From Deltaproteobacteria bacterium (GTDB lineage Bacteria; Desulfobacterota; Binatia; DP-6), in assembly GCA_005879205.1 (NCBI GenBank), contig VBLD01000118.1, positions 4,218 to 61,090 on the forward strand: 56,873 nucleotides of DNA. Reading direction: 5' to 3'. Every line of letters begins with the position of its first letter. Within the stretch, counting starts at the first letter, position 1. Positions 36,347 through 45,234 of this stretch are shown here, in pieces. The notes beneath the pieces are model-generated. The model had not been told where the DNA came from. It made no database searches and saw nothing but the letters and a program-made list of their open reading frames with translations. The position numbers were made by a program, and so were the translations under genes.

Positions 36347-37557
36347 GGCTGCCGGCAGCGCATCGCGCCGGAGGAATCCCGGCAGGCGCCGATCGTCCCC
36401 TCGCGGTCGATGATCCCGTGCGTCGTGAACGTCAGGCTGACGGGAGGATGAAGGACGGCCGGATCGGCCAGCAGCGGGAAGCGCATGCTGAACTTGATCA
36501 CGTCGGGGTTTGACGACGCCGCGCTGAACTTCACCTCGAATGGCTCAGTGTCCTTCCGGCACGCGATGGCGCGACCGAGCGTGCGGCATTCCGTGTCTTC
36601 CCACTTGGCCGTGTGATCGAGCGCCAGGTCGTCCGTCACCCGAGCGGTGATCCCCCCTCGCGAGTCGAACGACTGCATCGGCGATGCCGGCTCGATCCGG
36701 AATTTCCCCTTCGCGCTGATGCTGCCGTATTTCCCCGCGCGACGACTGCCGCGGATGGACAGCGACGTGATGATCAGCTTCGCGTCGTTGCCGTCGCACG
36801 CGTCCCCGATGCCGTCCCGATCCAGATCGCCCTGGTCGGTGTTCGCGTAGTCGGGGCAGTTGTCGTCCGCGTCGCAGACGTGATCGCCGTCTCGGTCGCC
36901 GCCGCCGCCTTCGACGCACGTCCCTCCCTGGCAGGTGTCCGGAACCGAGCACGCCACATGGCTCCCCGTGTTACACGGGCTGCCGTCCGGCTTGGGCGGC
37001 GTCACGCAGACGCCGGTGGCCGGGTTGCACGTGCCCCCCATCGCGCACTGATCGACGGCATCGCACACCACCGGGTCCTTCGACGGGTTGGAGCAGATTC
37101 CCGTCGCCGGATCACAGGTGCCCGCGAGGTGGCAGGCGTCGATCGGAACGCACACCACGGGGTTCGAGCCGGTGCAGGCGCCGGCCTGGCAGGTGTCCGT
37201 CTGCGTGCAGCCGTTGCCGTCGTCGCACGCGGTGCCGTCGGGCAAGGCCACGTTCGAGCAACGACCCGTGTTCGCGTCGCACACCCCCGCGTGGCACTGG
37301 TCTTCCGCCGCGCACACGATCGGCTGACCGCCGATGCAGCGGCCGCCCGCGCACGTGTCGCTCTGGGTGCACGCGTTGCCGTCGTCGCATCGCGTTCCAT
37401 CGATCGCCGGGACGTGGCGGCAGGTCCGGGAGGACTGGTCGCAGCTATCGATCGTGCACGGATTGCCGTCGCCGCAGTCCGTATGCTTGTTGCAGCCGAG
37501 AGCCGGCGAGGCGCTCAGCAAGAGGAGCGAGAACGCAAAGGCCAAGAGCTCGTACAT
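36343..37557 (-). CDS. Secreted/lipoprotein with myxobacterial-type Cys-rich repeats and thrombospondin type-3-like Ca-binding repeats
   Basis: Signal peptide ending ALGC. About 8 tandem units of the form DGTxCDDGNxCTxxDxCxxGxCxG. Then GGGDRDGDHVCDADDNCPDYANTDQGDLDRDGIGDACD. GGAGGA SD before ATG 37557. Confidence 0.75.
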   Translation of the reverse strand: MYELLAFAFSLLLLSASPALGCNKHTDCGDGNPCTIDSCDQSSRTCRHVPAIDGTRCDDGNACTQSDTCAGGRCIGGQPIVCAAEDQCHAGVCDANTGRCSNVALPDGTACDDGNGCTQTDTCQAGACTGSNPVVCVPIDACHLAGTCDPATGICSNPSKDPVVCDAVDQCAMGGTCNPATGVCVTPPKPDGSPCNTGSHVACSVPDTCQGGTCVEGGGGDRDGDHVCDADDNCPDYANTDQGDLDRDGIGDACDGNDAKLIITSLSIRGSRRAGKYGSISAKGKFRIEPASPMQSFDSRGGITARVTDDLALDHTAKWEDTECRTLGRAIACRKDTEPFEVKFSAASSNPDVIKFSMRFPLLADPAVLHPPVSLTFTTHGIIDREGTIGACRDSSGAMRCRQP

Positions 37558-37788
37558 GGCGATTCCTCCAGAACCCCCTCGATCGTCCAGGCGCATGAGC
37601 AACCGGAGTGCCGGCCTCGTGGCATCGTGCGCGGGCAGGAAGCACGGCCCCCTTTCCCGGCGGGACGACCGGCGATGGCACGCCGACCTTGGCACCCTGT
37701 GCCAGGGACGGCCCATGCGCGGACTCGGATGACGCCGCCGTCGGCGGCAGGGATGCCGTCGCCCGGCGCTCGTGGTAGGGCTCGACCG

Positions 37789-38160
37789 ATGGAGCACTCG
37801 CCGGGTTTTCTCAGGCTCGTCGCCGACGCCAAGACGCGCATCCGTGAGACGACGCCCGAGGAGGTCCACCGCCGGCAGCAGGCGGGCGAGCGATTCCACC
37901 TGGTCGACGTGCGCGAGGATCGGGAGTGGGCGCAGGGCCACGCTCGCGGCGCGCTCCACCTCTCGAAGGGTGTCATCGAGCGCGACATCGAGAAGGCGAT
38001 CCCGGATCGGGACGCCGAGATCATCCTCTACTGCGGCGGCGGCTTTCGCTCGGCGCTCGCGGCCGACGCGCTCCAGACCATGGGGTACCGGCGCACGCTC
38101 TCGATGGACGGTGGCTGGCGGCGCTGGACGGAGCTCCGCTACCCCGTCGACCGGGACTGA
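37789..38160 (+). CDS. Rhodanese-domain protein
   Basis: HLVDVREDREWAQGHARGALHL and the active-site loop ILYCGGGFRSA. 123 aa. Confidence 0.8.
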   Translation: MEHSPGFLRLVADAKTRIRETTPEEVHRRQQAGERFHLVDVREDREWAQGHARGALHLSKGVIERDIEKAIPDRDAEIILYCGGGFRSALAADALQTMGYRRTLSMDGGWRRWTELRYPVDRD

Positions 38161-38167
38161 GCCATGC

Positions 38168-38926
38168 TCAGGCCGGCCGCCTCGCGACGAGCTGCACGAC
38201 CCGCAGCGCGCCCTCGGCGAGCGCCCGACCGGGCGCCTCGCGCTCCGCGGCGAGCGCGGTGAGGCGGGGATCGCTGCGCAGCCTCGCGTGCAGCAGCTCC
38301 CGGGCCGCGACGGCGCGCGGCGCGCGCTCGGCGGCCTCTCCGGTACGGTCGCGGACCTCGACGTCGATGAAGCCGGCGGCGGCGATCGCCGCGACGTAGG
38401 CTTCGGGGTCCGTCGAGCGCCGGCCCGAGATCGACGGCGCGTGCCCGGCGGGGAAGAGGTCCTGCACCGCGAGCCCCCCGCCTGGACGCACGACGCGGTG
38501 GGCCTCGGCGAGGGCGGCCGCCACGTCGTCCAGACCCGAGAGGCTCTCCACCAGCCAGACGTGCGTGAAGTGCGCGGCGCGGAACGGCAGCGCCGCCGGC
38601 GCAGCGGGCACCAGCCGCACCGCGGCGTGCGCCCGCGTCCGGCGTCCGAGCTCCGTGCCGGCCGTCGCCTCCGCGAGCGTGAGCGTGGCGCCCACCACCT
38701 CGCAGCCGTAGCGGGTCGCGAGCCACCGTGCCCGGCCCCCGAGGCCGGCGCCCACCTCGAGCACGAGCTCGTACTTGCGAAAGATGCCGCGAGCGCTGAG
38801 CGCGTCGAGCAGATGAAAGCCGGTACCGCTCGGATGCTCGAGGCCGAGGTAGGGCAGGCCGCGGGGCGGCGGCGTCGACGCCGTGAGACCGCGCACGAGA
38901 TCGAGCAGCAGGTCGACGGGGATCAC
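38168..38926 (-). CDS. Class I SAM-dependent methyltransferase
   Basis: VLEVGAGLGGRARWLA (motif I), VRPGGGLAV (post-II). GTG start 38926. Confidence 0.75.
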   Translation of the reverse strand: MIPVDLLLDLVRGLTASTPPPRGLPYLGLEHPSGTGFHLLDALSARGIFRKYELVLEVGAGLGGRARWLATRYGCEVVGATLTLAEATAGTELGRRTRAHAAVRLVPAAPAALPFRAAHFTHVWLVESLSGLDDVAAALAEAHRVVRPGGGLAVQDLFPAGHAPSISGRRSTDPEAYVAAIAAAGFIDVEVRDRTGEAAERAPRAVAARELLHARLRSDPRLTALAAEREAPGRALAEGALRVVQLVARRPA

Positions 38927-38935
38927 GGCAGGCGG

Positions 38936-39043
38936 CTAGGAGCCCGACCCGAGACTGCGTCTCGGGTCGGGGACGGACAGCGAGAATGCCGTCCGGTGGA
39001 CAGCGACCGACGTCGTGCCGCGGCCGGCGAAGCCGGCGCGGCA
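38936..39043 (-). repeat. Double-hairpin intergenic repeat, copy 2 of 3 (inverted relative to copy 3)
   Basis: The reverse complement carries the same 28-nt core TGCCGCGCCGGCTTCGCCGGCCGCGGCA and CCGACCCGAGAC-GCA-GTCTCGGGTCGG, ending CTCCTAG, 9 nt before the methyltransferase GTG. Confidence 0.85.
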
Positions 39044-39124
39044 AACCTTGCCGAGCTCCAGCGCGCGCGTCGGGAGCGTGTCTCTGCGGCGGGTTGCCAG
39101 CCAAGTTCCCAACACGCCGCGTTG

Positions 39125-39232
39125 TGCCGCGCCGGCTTCGCCGGCCGCGGCATGACGTTCGCCTTATCCACCGAACGCCGCACGCTCGCTTCCGATCCCG
39201 ACCCGAGACGCAGTCTCGGGTCGGCTTCCTAG
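39125..39232 (+). repeat. Double-hairpin intergenic repeat, copy 3 of 3
   Basis: Same core and second hairpin as copies 1 and 2. Shares the internal TCCACCG-ACG and CTCGCT blocks with copy 2. Ends TTCCTAG. Confidence 0.85.
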
Positions 39233-39278
39233 CACAGATTTGGACGGCCGGCGCGACTCCGGTACAGTGCCCGCGACG

Positions 39279-39812
39279 ATGGCCGTCGGGTTTCGCCCGC
39301 CTGCGCGTCCCACCTGGTATCGGCGGCTTCCCGCCGCCCTCCAACGCGTCGCGGCGGCGAGCGACCGCGTGACGTCGCTGCCGCTCGGCGCTGGCTCGGC
39401 GTTGCGGGACGCCGTCGCGGGGTTGCCCGCGGCGCTCGCGACGGGGCGACCGCAGGACGTGGAGGCGGTGGCGCAGCGGATCGGCAACGGCATCTGCACG
39501 TCGCTCCGGGTGCCCCAGGTCGTCGTCCGCGTCGAGCTCCGCCGCCCCCCGACCGGTCGGGGCGAGCTGCATGGTCTCTATACGCCGGCCAACGGCCGCG
39601 GCCGCGATGTCATCCGGGTGTGGATGATCACCGCCAAGCGCGGCCACGTGGTCGCCTACCGGACCTTCCTGCGCACCCTGCTGCACGAGATCTGCCACCA
39701 CCTGGACTATACCTACCTCCACCTGCGCGACTCGTTGCACACGCAGGGCTTTTACCAGCGCGAGTCGAGTCTTTTTCACGCGCTCGGGGCGGGGGACGTT
39801 GACAGCTCGTGA
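39279..39812 (+). CDS. Hypothetical protein with HExxH motif (SprT-like putative metallopeptidase)
   Basis: TFLRTLLHEICHHLDYTYLHL...H. ATG 39279; TTG 39240 is also in frame. No other motif recognised. Confidence 0.45.
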   Translation: MAVGFRPPARPTWYRRLPAALQRVAAASDRVTSLPLGAGSALRDAVAGLPAALATGRPQDVEAVAQRIGNGICTSLRVPQVVVRVELRRPPTGRGELHGLYTPANGRGRDVIRVWMITAKRGHVVAYRTFLRTLLHEICHHLDYTYLHLRDSLHTQGFYQRESSLFHALGAGDVDSS

Positions 39813-39827
39813 GCGAGCCTCTATACG
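39799..39827 (+). promoter_or_regulatory. Putative sigma70-type promoter of the mevalonate/hopanoid operon
   Basis: TTGACA (39799-39804), 17-nt spacer, TATACG (39822-39827), overlapping the stop of the HExxH gene. Predicts a ~155-nt leader. Confidence 0.45.
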
Positions 39828-39902
39828 CGCCATGATTCGACAATTTTGAACTCGCCCGTCGGCGGGAGACCCTCATCCTGGCCCACGGGATTTTTTTGGG
39901 AA

Positions 39903-39941
39903 GGCGCCTGACCGATCGGTTTAGAGCGACGGTCAGGCGCC
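39903..39941 (+). promoter_or_regulatory. Perfect 12-bp inverted repeat / leader hairpin upstream of mvaD
   Basis: GGCGCCTGACCG, 15 nt, CGGTCAGGCGCC. Preceded by a T7 tract (39891-39897) and followed immediately by ATG 39942 of a 15-codon uORF. Confidence 0.5.
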
Positions 39942-39990
39942 ATGCACGTGCGTGGACGGACTCAACGCGTTACAAAGGCCCACCACTGAG

Positions 39991-40974
39991 ATGGTCGGCG
40001 CCGACTCGACCGCTCGCGCCAACGTGAACGTCGCCCTCGTCAAGTACTGGGGCAAGCGCGACACGGTGCTGAACCTCCCGGCGACGGGAAGCATCTCGCT
40101 CACCCTCGACGGACTCGGCACGGAGGCGGCGGTGGCCTTCGGCGGCGGTGGCGAGGCCGACCGACTCGCGATCGACGGCGTCGAGACGACCGGCGGAGAG
40201 GCGACCCGTGTGACGCGCTTCCTCGACCTCGTCCGTGCGGCGGCGCATCGACGCGAGCGCGCGACGGTGGCGATGCGCAGCACGGTGCCACGCGGTATCG
40301 GGCTCGCGTCGTCGGCAGCGGCCTTCGCGGCGCTCGCCCTGGCAGCGAGCCGCGCGGCAGGCCTGGCCCTCGACCCGCCGGGGCTCTCGGCTCTCGCCCG
40401 GCGCGGCTCGGGCTCGGCGTCGCGCTCGATCTTCGGCGGCTTCGTCGAGTGGCATCGCGGCGAGCGCGCCGACGGCGTCGATTCGTTCGCCGAGCCGCTC
40501 GCCCCGCTGGAGCACTGGGACGTGCGCACGGTCGTCGCGGTCACCAGCACGGCACCGAAGACCGTGTCCTCGCGCGACGGCATGGTGCGCACGGCGGCGT
40601 CGCCCTTCTATCCCGCCTGGGTGGCGGGCGCCGAGGCGGATCTCGCCGCGACCCGTGCCGCGATCCGCGCCCGCGACCTCGAGGCGCTCGGCCTCGTCGC
40701 CGAGCACAGTGCGCTCAAGATGCATGCCGCGGGCCTGGCGGCGCGGCCGCCGCTGGTCTATTGGCGCCCGGCCACCGTCGGGTGCATCCATCGCGTCTGG
40801 GCGCTCCGCGCCGAGGGGGTGAGCGCGTTCTTCACCATCGATGCGGGTCCCCAGGTGAAGGTGCTCTGCACCCCCGCCGATGCTCCGCGCGTGGCCGCCG
40901 CGCTCGAGGCCGTGCCGGGCGTCGAGCGCATCGTCACCTGCCGGCCTGGGCGCGGCGCGGAGCTGATCACGTGA
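39991..40974 (+). CDS. mvaD: Diphosphomevalonate decarboxylase
   Basis: ANVNVALVKYWGKRD, GLASSAAAFAALA, GSGSASRSIFGG, FFTIDAGPQV. In-frame GTG 39952 is an alternative start. Confidence 0.9.
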   Translation: MVGADSTARANVNVALVKYWGKRDTVLNLPATGSISLTLDGLGTEAAVAFGGGGEADRLAIDGVETTGGEATRVTRFLDLVRAAAHRRERATVAMRSTVPRGIGLASSAAAFAALALAASRAAGLALDPPGLSALARRGSGSASRSIFGGFVEWHRGERADGVDSFAEPLAPLEHWDVRTVVAVTSTAPKTVSSRDGMVRTAASPFYPAWVAGAEADLAATRAAIRARDLEALGLVAEHSALKMHAAGLAARPPLVYWRPATVGCIHRVWALRAEGVSAFFTIDAGPQVKVLCTPADAPRVAAALEAVPGVERIVTCRPGRGAELIT

Positions 40975-40993
40975 GCGCGAGCGAAGGATATCG

Positions 40994-41989
40994 ATGACCG
41001 AGGCCGTGGCCCGGGCGCCCGGGAAGCTCTTCCTGAGCGGCGAGTACGTGGTCCTGATGGGCGCGCCGGCGGTGCTGGCCGCGGTCGATCGCTATGCCGA
41101 GGTGCGGGTCGGGTTCGGCGAGAAGCCGGGACCCCTGGTCGTGACCTCGCTTGCCGAGGGCACGCGCTGGGAAGCGCCCGTCGCGCGCAACGAGATGCCG
41201 GGCGGCGACGCGGGCGCGGTGCTGGCCGCGCTGCATGCGGTTGCCGAGCGCGGCGGCATCGCCGCCCACCTCGGCGCCGACGTCACCGTCGACTCGCGCC
41301 CGTTCCTGGTGGGCGAGCGCAAGCTCGGGCTTGGCCGCAGCAGCGCAACGCTGGTGGCGGCCGTCGCCGCCTTCCTCGCGACCGCCGGCCGGCCAACCCG
41401 CGAGGGCATTCTCGAGCGCGCCCTCGCCGCCAACGCGCTTTTCCAGGAGGGTCGGGGCAGTGGCGCGGACCTCGCCGCGGCGGTGCACGGCGGGTTGGTC
41501 GAGGTACGCCGGAAGGACGCGGCGCTGCGCGTCCAGCCTCGCACGCTGCCGCGCGGCGTCCATCTGGTGGCGGGCTGGACCGGTGAGTCGGCGCCGACGG
41601 GTCTCCTGCTCGCCCGCTTCGCGGCGGCGACGGCGTACGAGCCGCGAAGTCTCGGTCCGCTGCGCGAGGTGGCCGCGCGGGCGGCCGAGGCCATCGAGCG
41701 CGGCGACGCGCAATCCCTGGCCGACGCCGTCGATCGCTCGGCGGACCTGCTCGAACGGCTCGGCTCGGAGGTGGACATCCCGATCGTCACCCCGGCGCTC
41801 GCCCGTCTCGTCGCCACGGCCCGACGGGTTGGGGCGGTCGCCAAGCCGTCGGGCGCCGGGGCCGGTGACTGCGGCATCGCGCTGGCGGGCTCGGCCGCCC
41901 AGGCGGCGCGCGTGCGGGCCGCCTGGCAGGAGGTCGGCATCGTCCCGCTGTCGGTCGAGATCGCGCCCGAAGGGGTGACCGGTGGCTGA
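40994..41989 (+). CDS. mvaK2: Phosphomevalonate kinase (GHMP family)
   Basis: APGKLFLSGEYVVL, KLGLGRSSATLVA, GSGADLAAAVHGG, AKPSGAGAGDCGIAL. Confidence 0.8.
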   Translation: MTEAVARAPGKLFLSGEYVVLMGAPAVLAAVDRYAEVRVGFGEKPGPLVVTSLAEGTRWEAPVARNEMPGGDAGAVLAALHAVAERGGIAAHLGADVTVDSRPFLVGERKLGLGRSSATLVAAVAAFLATAGRPTREGILERALAANALFQEGRGSGADLAAAVHGGLVEVRRKDAALRVQPRTLPRGVHLVAGWTGESAPTGLLLARFAAATAYEPRSLGPLREVAARAAEAIERGDAQSLADAVDRSADLLERLGSEVDIPIVTPALARLVATARRVGAVAKPSGAGAGDCGIALAGSAAQAARVRAAWQEVGIVPLSVEIAPEGVTGG

Positions 41990-43037
41990 GACGATCGGCG
42001 ACCGCAAGCGCTCGCATCTCGAGCTCTGCGAGGCGGCGGAGGTCGAGTATGCCGGCAAGACGACGCTCCTCGAGGAGGTCGACTTCGTCCACAACGCGCT
42101 CCCCGAGCTCGCGGTGGACGAGATCGACGTCGGCACCACACTGCTCGGCAAGCGGCTCCGCGCCCCACTCGTCATCAGCGGCATGACCGGCGGCACGGAG
42201 GAGGCGTCGGAGATCAATCGCGGTCTCGCGCGCGTGGCCGAGACGCACGGCATCGGCTTCGGGCTCGGCTCGCAGCGCGCCATGCACCGCGCCCCCGAGC
42301 TGGCCCACACCTTCGCGGTCCGCGAGCACGCGCCGACCACGCTCGTGCTCGCGAACCTCGGCATCGTGCAGGCCGCGGCGATGGCGCCCCGCGAAGTGCA
42401 GGAGCTCGCCCGGGCCGTGGGCGCGGACGCCGTCTGCATCCACCTGAACCCGGCGCAGGAGATGATCCAGGCGGGCGGCGACCGGGACTTCCGGCGCGGG
42501 GTCGCGACGCTCGGACGCCTGGTCGGCGAGCTGTCGCTGCCCGTCGTCGTCAAGGAGACGGGCTGCGGGCTGTCGCGCGGGGTGGGGGAGCGTCTGAAGG
42601 CCGCGGGCATCCGGGTGGCCGACGTGTCCGGCGCGGGCGGGACGTCGTGGGTGAAGGTCGAGACGCTGCGCGCCGGCAGCCGCGAGCGGGAGCTCGGGGC
42701 GCTGTTCGCGGACTGGGGCATCCCGACGGCTGCCACGCTGCTCGGTCTCCGCGGTCTCGGGCTCGAGCTCATCGCGAGCGGCGGCATCCGCACCGGCCTC
42801 GACGTCGCCAAGGCGATCGCGCTCGGGGCGCACGCGGCGGGGATGGCCCTGCCGGTCTTCCGGGCCTACCGGGAGGGTGGCGTCGAGGCGGCCGGCGCGT
42901 ACGTCGACCGTCTCGTCGCCGGCCTCAAGCTGGCGATGGTACTCACCGGCTCACGCGACCTCGAGACGCTCGGGCATGCGCCCGTGGTGCTCGGAGGCCG
43001 GCTGAGAGACTGGCTCGTCGCGGAAGGAGGCGCATGA
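41982..43037 (+). CDS. fni: Type 2 isopentenyl-diphosphate delta-isomerase (FMN-dependent)
   Basis: RKRSHLE, PLVISGMTGG, LGSQRA, HLNPAQE, VVVKETGCGLS, VSGAGGTSW, ASGGIRTGLD. Confidence 0.9.
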   Translation: MAETIGDRKRSHLELCEAAEVEYAGKTTLLEEVDFVHNALPELAVDEIDVGTTLLGKRLRAPLVISGMTGGTEEASEINRGLARVAETHGIGFGLGSQRAMHRAPELAHTFAVREHAPTTLVLANLGIVQAAAMAPREVQELARAVGADAVCIHLNPAQEMIQAGGDRDFRRGVATLGRLVGELSLPVVVKETGCGLSRGVGERLKAAGIRVADVSGAGGTSWVKVETLRAGSRERELGALFADWGIPTAATLLGLRGLGLELIASGGIRTGLDVAKAIALGAHAAGMALPVFRAYREGGVEAAGAYVDRLVAGLKLAMVLTGSRDLETLGHAPVVLGGRLRDWLVAEGGA

Positions 43038-44317
43038 GTACGTCACGCATTCCGGCGTTCTACCAGCTCAGTGTGGAAGAGCGGCGCCGGCGGCTCGCGG
43101 AGGTGCTCGACCTGTCGGCCGCCGAGGTCGAGGCGCTGACGGCGGCGGATGCCCTGCCGCTCGACGTCGCCGACATCATGATCGAGAACGCCGTCGGCAC
43201 GTTCGCCCTGCCGTTCGGCGTGGCGCTCAACTTCCAGGTGAACGGGCGCGACCACGTGATCCCGATGGTGGTCGAGGAGCCGTCGGTGATCGCGGCGGCC
43301 TCGTACGCGGCGCTGATTGCGCGCGAGGCCGGCGGCTTTGTCGCCGAGGCGGAGCCGGGCGCGATGATCGGGCAGATCCAGCTCATCAACGTCGCGGATC
43401 CGGGCGCGGCCGTGGAGCGCCTGGGGGCGTCCCGGGCCCGACTCCTCGCCGCCGCCGAGGAGGCGACGCCGGGGCTCTGCCGGCGAGGCGCCGGCCCGCG
43501 CGACGTCGAGGTCCGGCTGGTGCGCTCGCCGCGCGACGAGACGATGGTGGTCGTCCACGTGCTGCTCGACACCGGCGACGCGATGGGCGCCAACGCCGTC
43601 AACTCGCTGGTCGAGACGCTCTCGCCCATGGTCGAGGAGATCGCCGGCGGCACGGCCTGCCTGCGCATCCTCTCGAACCTCGCCGACCGGCGCCTGGCGC
43701 GCGCGGCGGTACGCATCCCCTTCTCGGCGCTCGAGCGCGACGGCCTGGACGGTGCCGAGGTGGCCGAGCGGGTCCTCTACGCGTACGAGTTCGCGGCGTC
43801 CGACCCGTATCGGGCCGCCACGCACAACAAGGGCATCATGAACGGCATCGACGCGCTCGCGGTGGCGACGGGAAACGACTGGCGCGCGATCGAGGCCGGG
43901 GCGCACGCCTATGCCTGCCGCGACGGCGGATACGGCTCGCTCAGCCGGTGGCAGATCGAGAAGGGCATGCTCGTCGGGTCGCTCGAGCTGCCGATGGCGG
44001 TGTCGACCGTCGGACCGGTGGTGCAGTCCCATCCACGCGTGCGGCTCGCGCTGCGCATCCTCGGCGTCTCGGGCGCCCGGGAGCTCGCCGGGATCATGGC
44101 GGCGGTGGGGCTCGCCTCGAACCTCGCGGCGATGCGGGCGCTCGCCACCGAGGGGATCCAGAAGGGCCACATGGCGCTCCATGCGCGGGCGGTGTCGCAC
44201 GCCGCGGGGGCGCGAGGGGAGGAGGCCGAGGAGCTTCGCCGCCGCCTGCTGGCGGCGGGCGAGGTGAAGATCGATCGCGCGCGGGAGCTGCTGCGCGCGC
44301 TGGAGCCGCGCTCGTGA
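43034..44317 (+). CDS. mvaA: Class II HMG-CoA reductase
   Basis: MIENAVGTFALPFGVA, PMVVEEPSVIAAAS, DTGDAMGANAVN, ATHNKGIMNGIDA. ATGA overlap with fni. Confidence 0.9.
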   Translation: MSTSRIPAFYQLSVEERRRRLAEVLDLSAAEVEALTAADALPLDVADIMIENAVGTFALPFGVALNFQVNGRDHVIPMVVEEPSVIAAASYAALIAREAGGFVAEAEPGAMIGQIQLINVADPGAAVERLGASRARLLAAAEEATPGLCRRGAGPRDVEVRLVRSPRDETMVVVHVLLDTGDAMGANAVNSLVETLSPMVEEIAGGTACLRILSNLADRRLARAAVRIPFSALERDGLDGAEVAERVLYAYEFAASDPYRAATHNKGIMNGIDALAVATGNDWRAIEAGAHAYACRDGGYGSLSRWQIEKGMLVGSLELPMAVSTVGPVVQSHPRVRLALRILGVSGARELAGIMAAVGLASNLAAMRALATEGIQKGHMALHARAVSHAAGARGEEAEELRRRLLAAGEVKIDRARELLRALEPRS

Positions 44318-45231
44318 AGGCGTCCGCTCGCGGCCGCGCCGCGGGCAAGGTGATCCTGCTCGGGGAGCACGCCGTGGTGTACGGCCGCCCGGCGCTCGCC
44401 GCCGGTCTGCCGCTCTGGCTCGAGGCGGAGGTCGTCGCTGGAGAGGGGCCGGCGCGGTTCGAGAGCGACCGGCACGCCGACGACCCGCGGGCGGCGCGTC
44501 TCATCGCCGAGGCCGCGGCCGCGGTCGGGCTCGAGCCGCGCGGCCTCGTCGTCCGCGTGCGTTCGGACGTCCCGGCCGGCGTCGGCGTCGGCAGCTCGGC
44601 GGCGCTGGCAGTCGCCGTCCTGCGCGCGCTGGCGGCGGCCGCGGGGCGGCGGCTCGCGCGCGACGAGGAGCTCGAGGTCGCCACGCGCCTCGAGTCGATC
44701 TTCCACGGCCATCCGTCGGGCATCGACCCGGCGGCGGCGGCGCTCGGTGGCTGCTTCCGGTTCGTGCGCGGCACGCCGCCGGTGGTCGCGCCCGTGCGGC
44801 CCGTCGTGCCGCTGCCGCTGGTGATCGCCTTCGGCGCACGGCCGCGCAGCACCGGCGCCGCGGTCATGGGGCTCCGCGCCCGCTGGGAGGCCGACCGCGC
44901 CCGGCACGAGGCGCTGTTCGACGCGGTCGCGGCCACCGTGGAGGACGGCGCGCGGGCCGTCGAGGCGGGCGACCTCGCGGCGCTCGGCCGCGCCTTCGAC
45001 CGCAACCAGACGCTGCTCGAGACAATCGGCGTGTCGGCGCCGGAGGTCGAGGCGCTGGCCGCGCGCGCGCGGGCCGCGGGCGCGCTCGGCGCGAAGCTGA
45101 CGGGCGGCGGGGCGGGGGGCGCCGTGGGGGCACGCGCGCCCGACCCCGAGCGGCTCGCCGGGGCACTCGGCGCCGACGGCACGCGGACGATCGTGGCGCA
45201 CGTGGGGGCGGCGGCGGAGGAGGCGGCCTAA
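44314..45231 (+). CDS. mvk: Mevalonate kinase (GHMP family)
   Basis: GKVILLGEHAVVYG, PAGVGVGSSAALAVA, SGIDPAAA, AKLTGGGAGG. GTGA overlap with mvaA. Confidence 0.85.
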   Translation: MKASARGRAAGKVILLGEHAVVYGRPALAAGLPLWLEAEVVAGEGPARFESDRHADDPRAARLIAEAAAAVGLEPRGLVVRVRSDVPAGVGVGSSAALAVAVLRALAAAAGRRLARDEELEVATRLESIFHGHPSGIDPAAAALGGCFRFVRGTPPVVAPVRPVVPLPLVIAFGARPRSTGAAVMGLRARWEADRARHEALFDAVAATVEDGARAVEAGDLAALGRAFDRNQTLLETIGVSAPEVEALAARARAAGALGAKLTGGGAGGAVGARAPDPERLAGALGADGTRTIVAHVGAAAEEAA

Positions 45232-45234
45232 CGG

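Noticed and set aside
39891-39897. T7 tract in the mevalonate leader considered as an intrinsic terminator or attenuator.
   Set aside because: No stable GC-rich stem immediately precedes it; the only pairing is a 5-bp CCCGT/ACGGG stem around a 27-nt loop. The strong hairpin lies after the T run, not before it.
39942-39989. 15-codon ORF (MHVRGRTQRVTKAHH) as an independent gene.
   Set aside because: Too short and without an SD. Treated only as a possible regulatory uORF in the operon leader (see findings).
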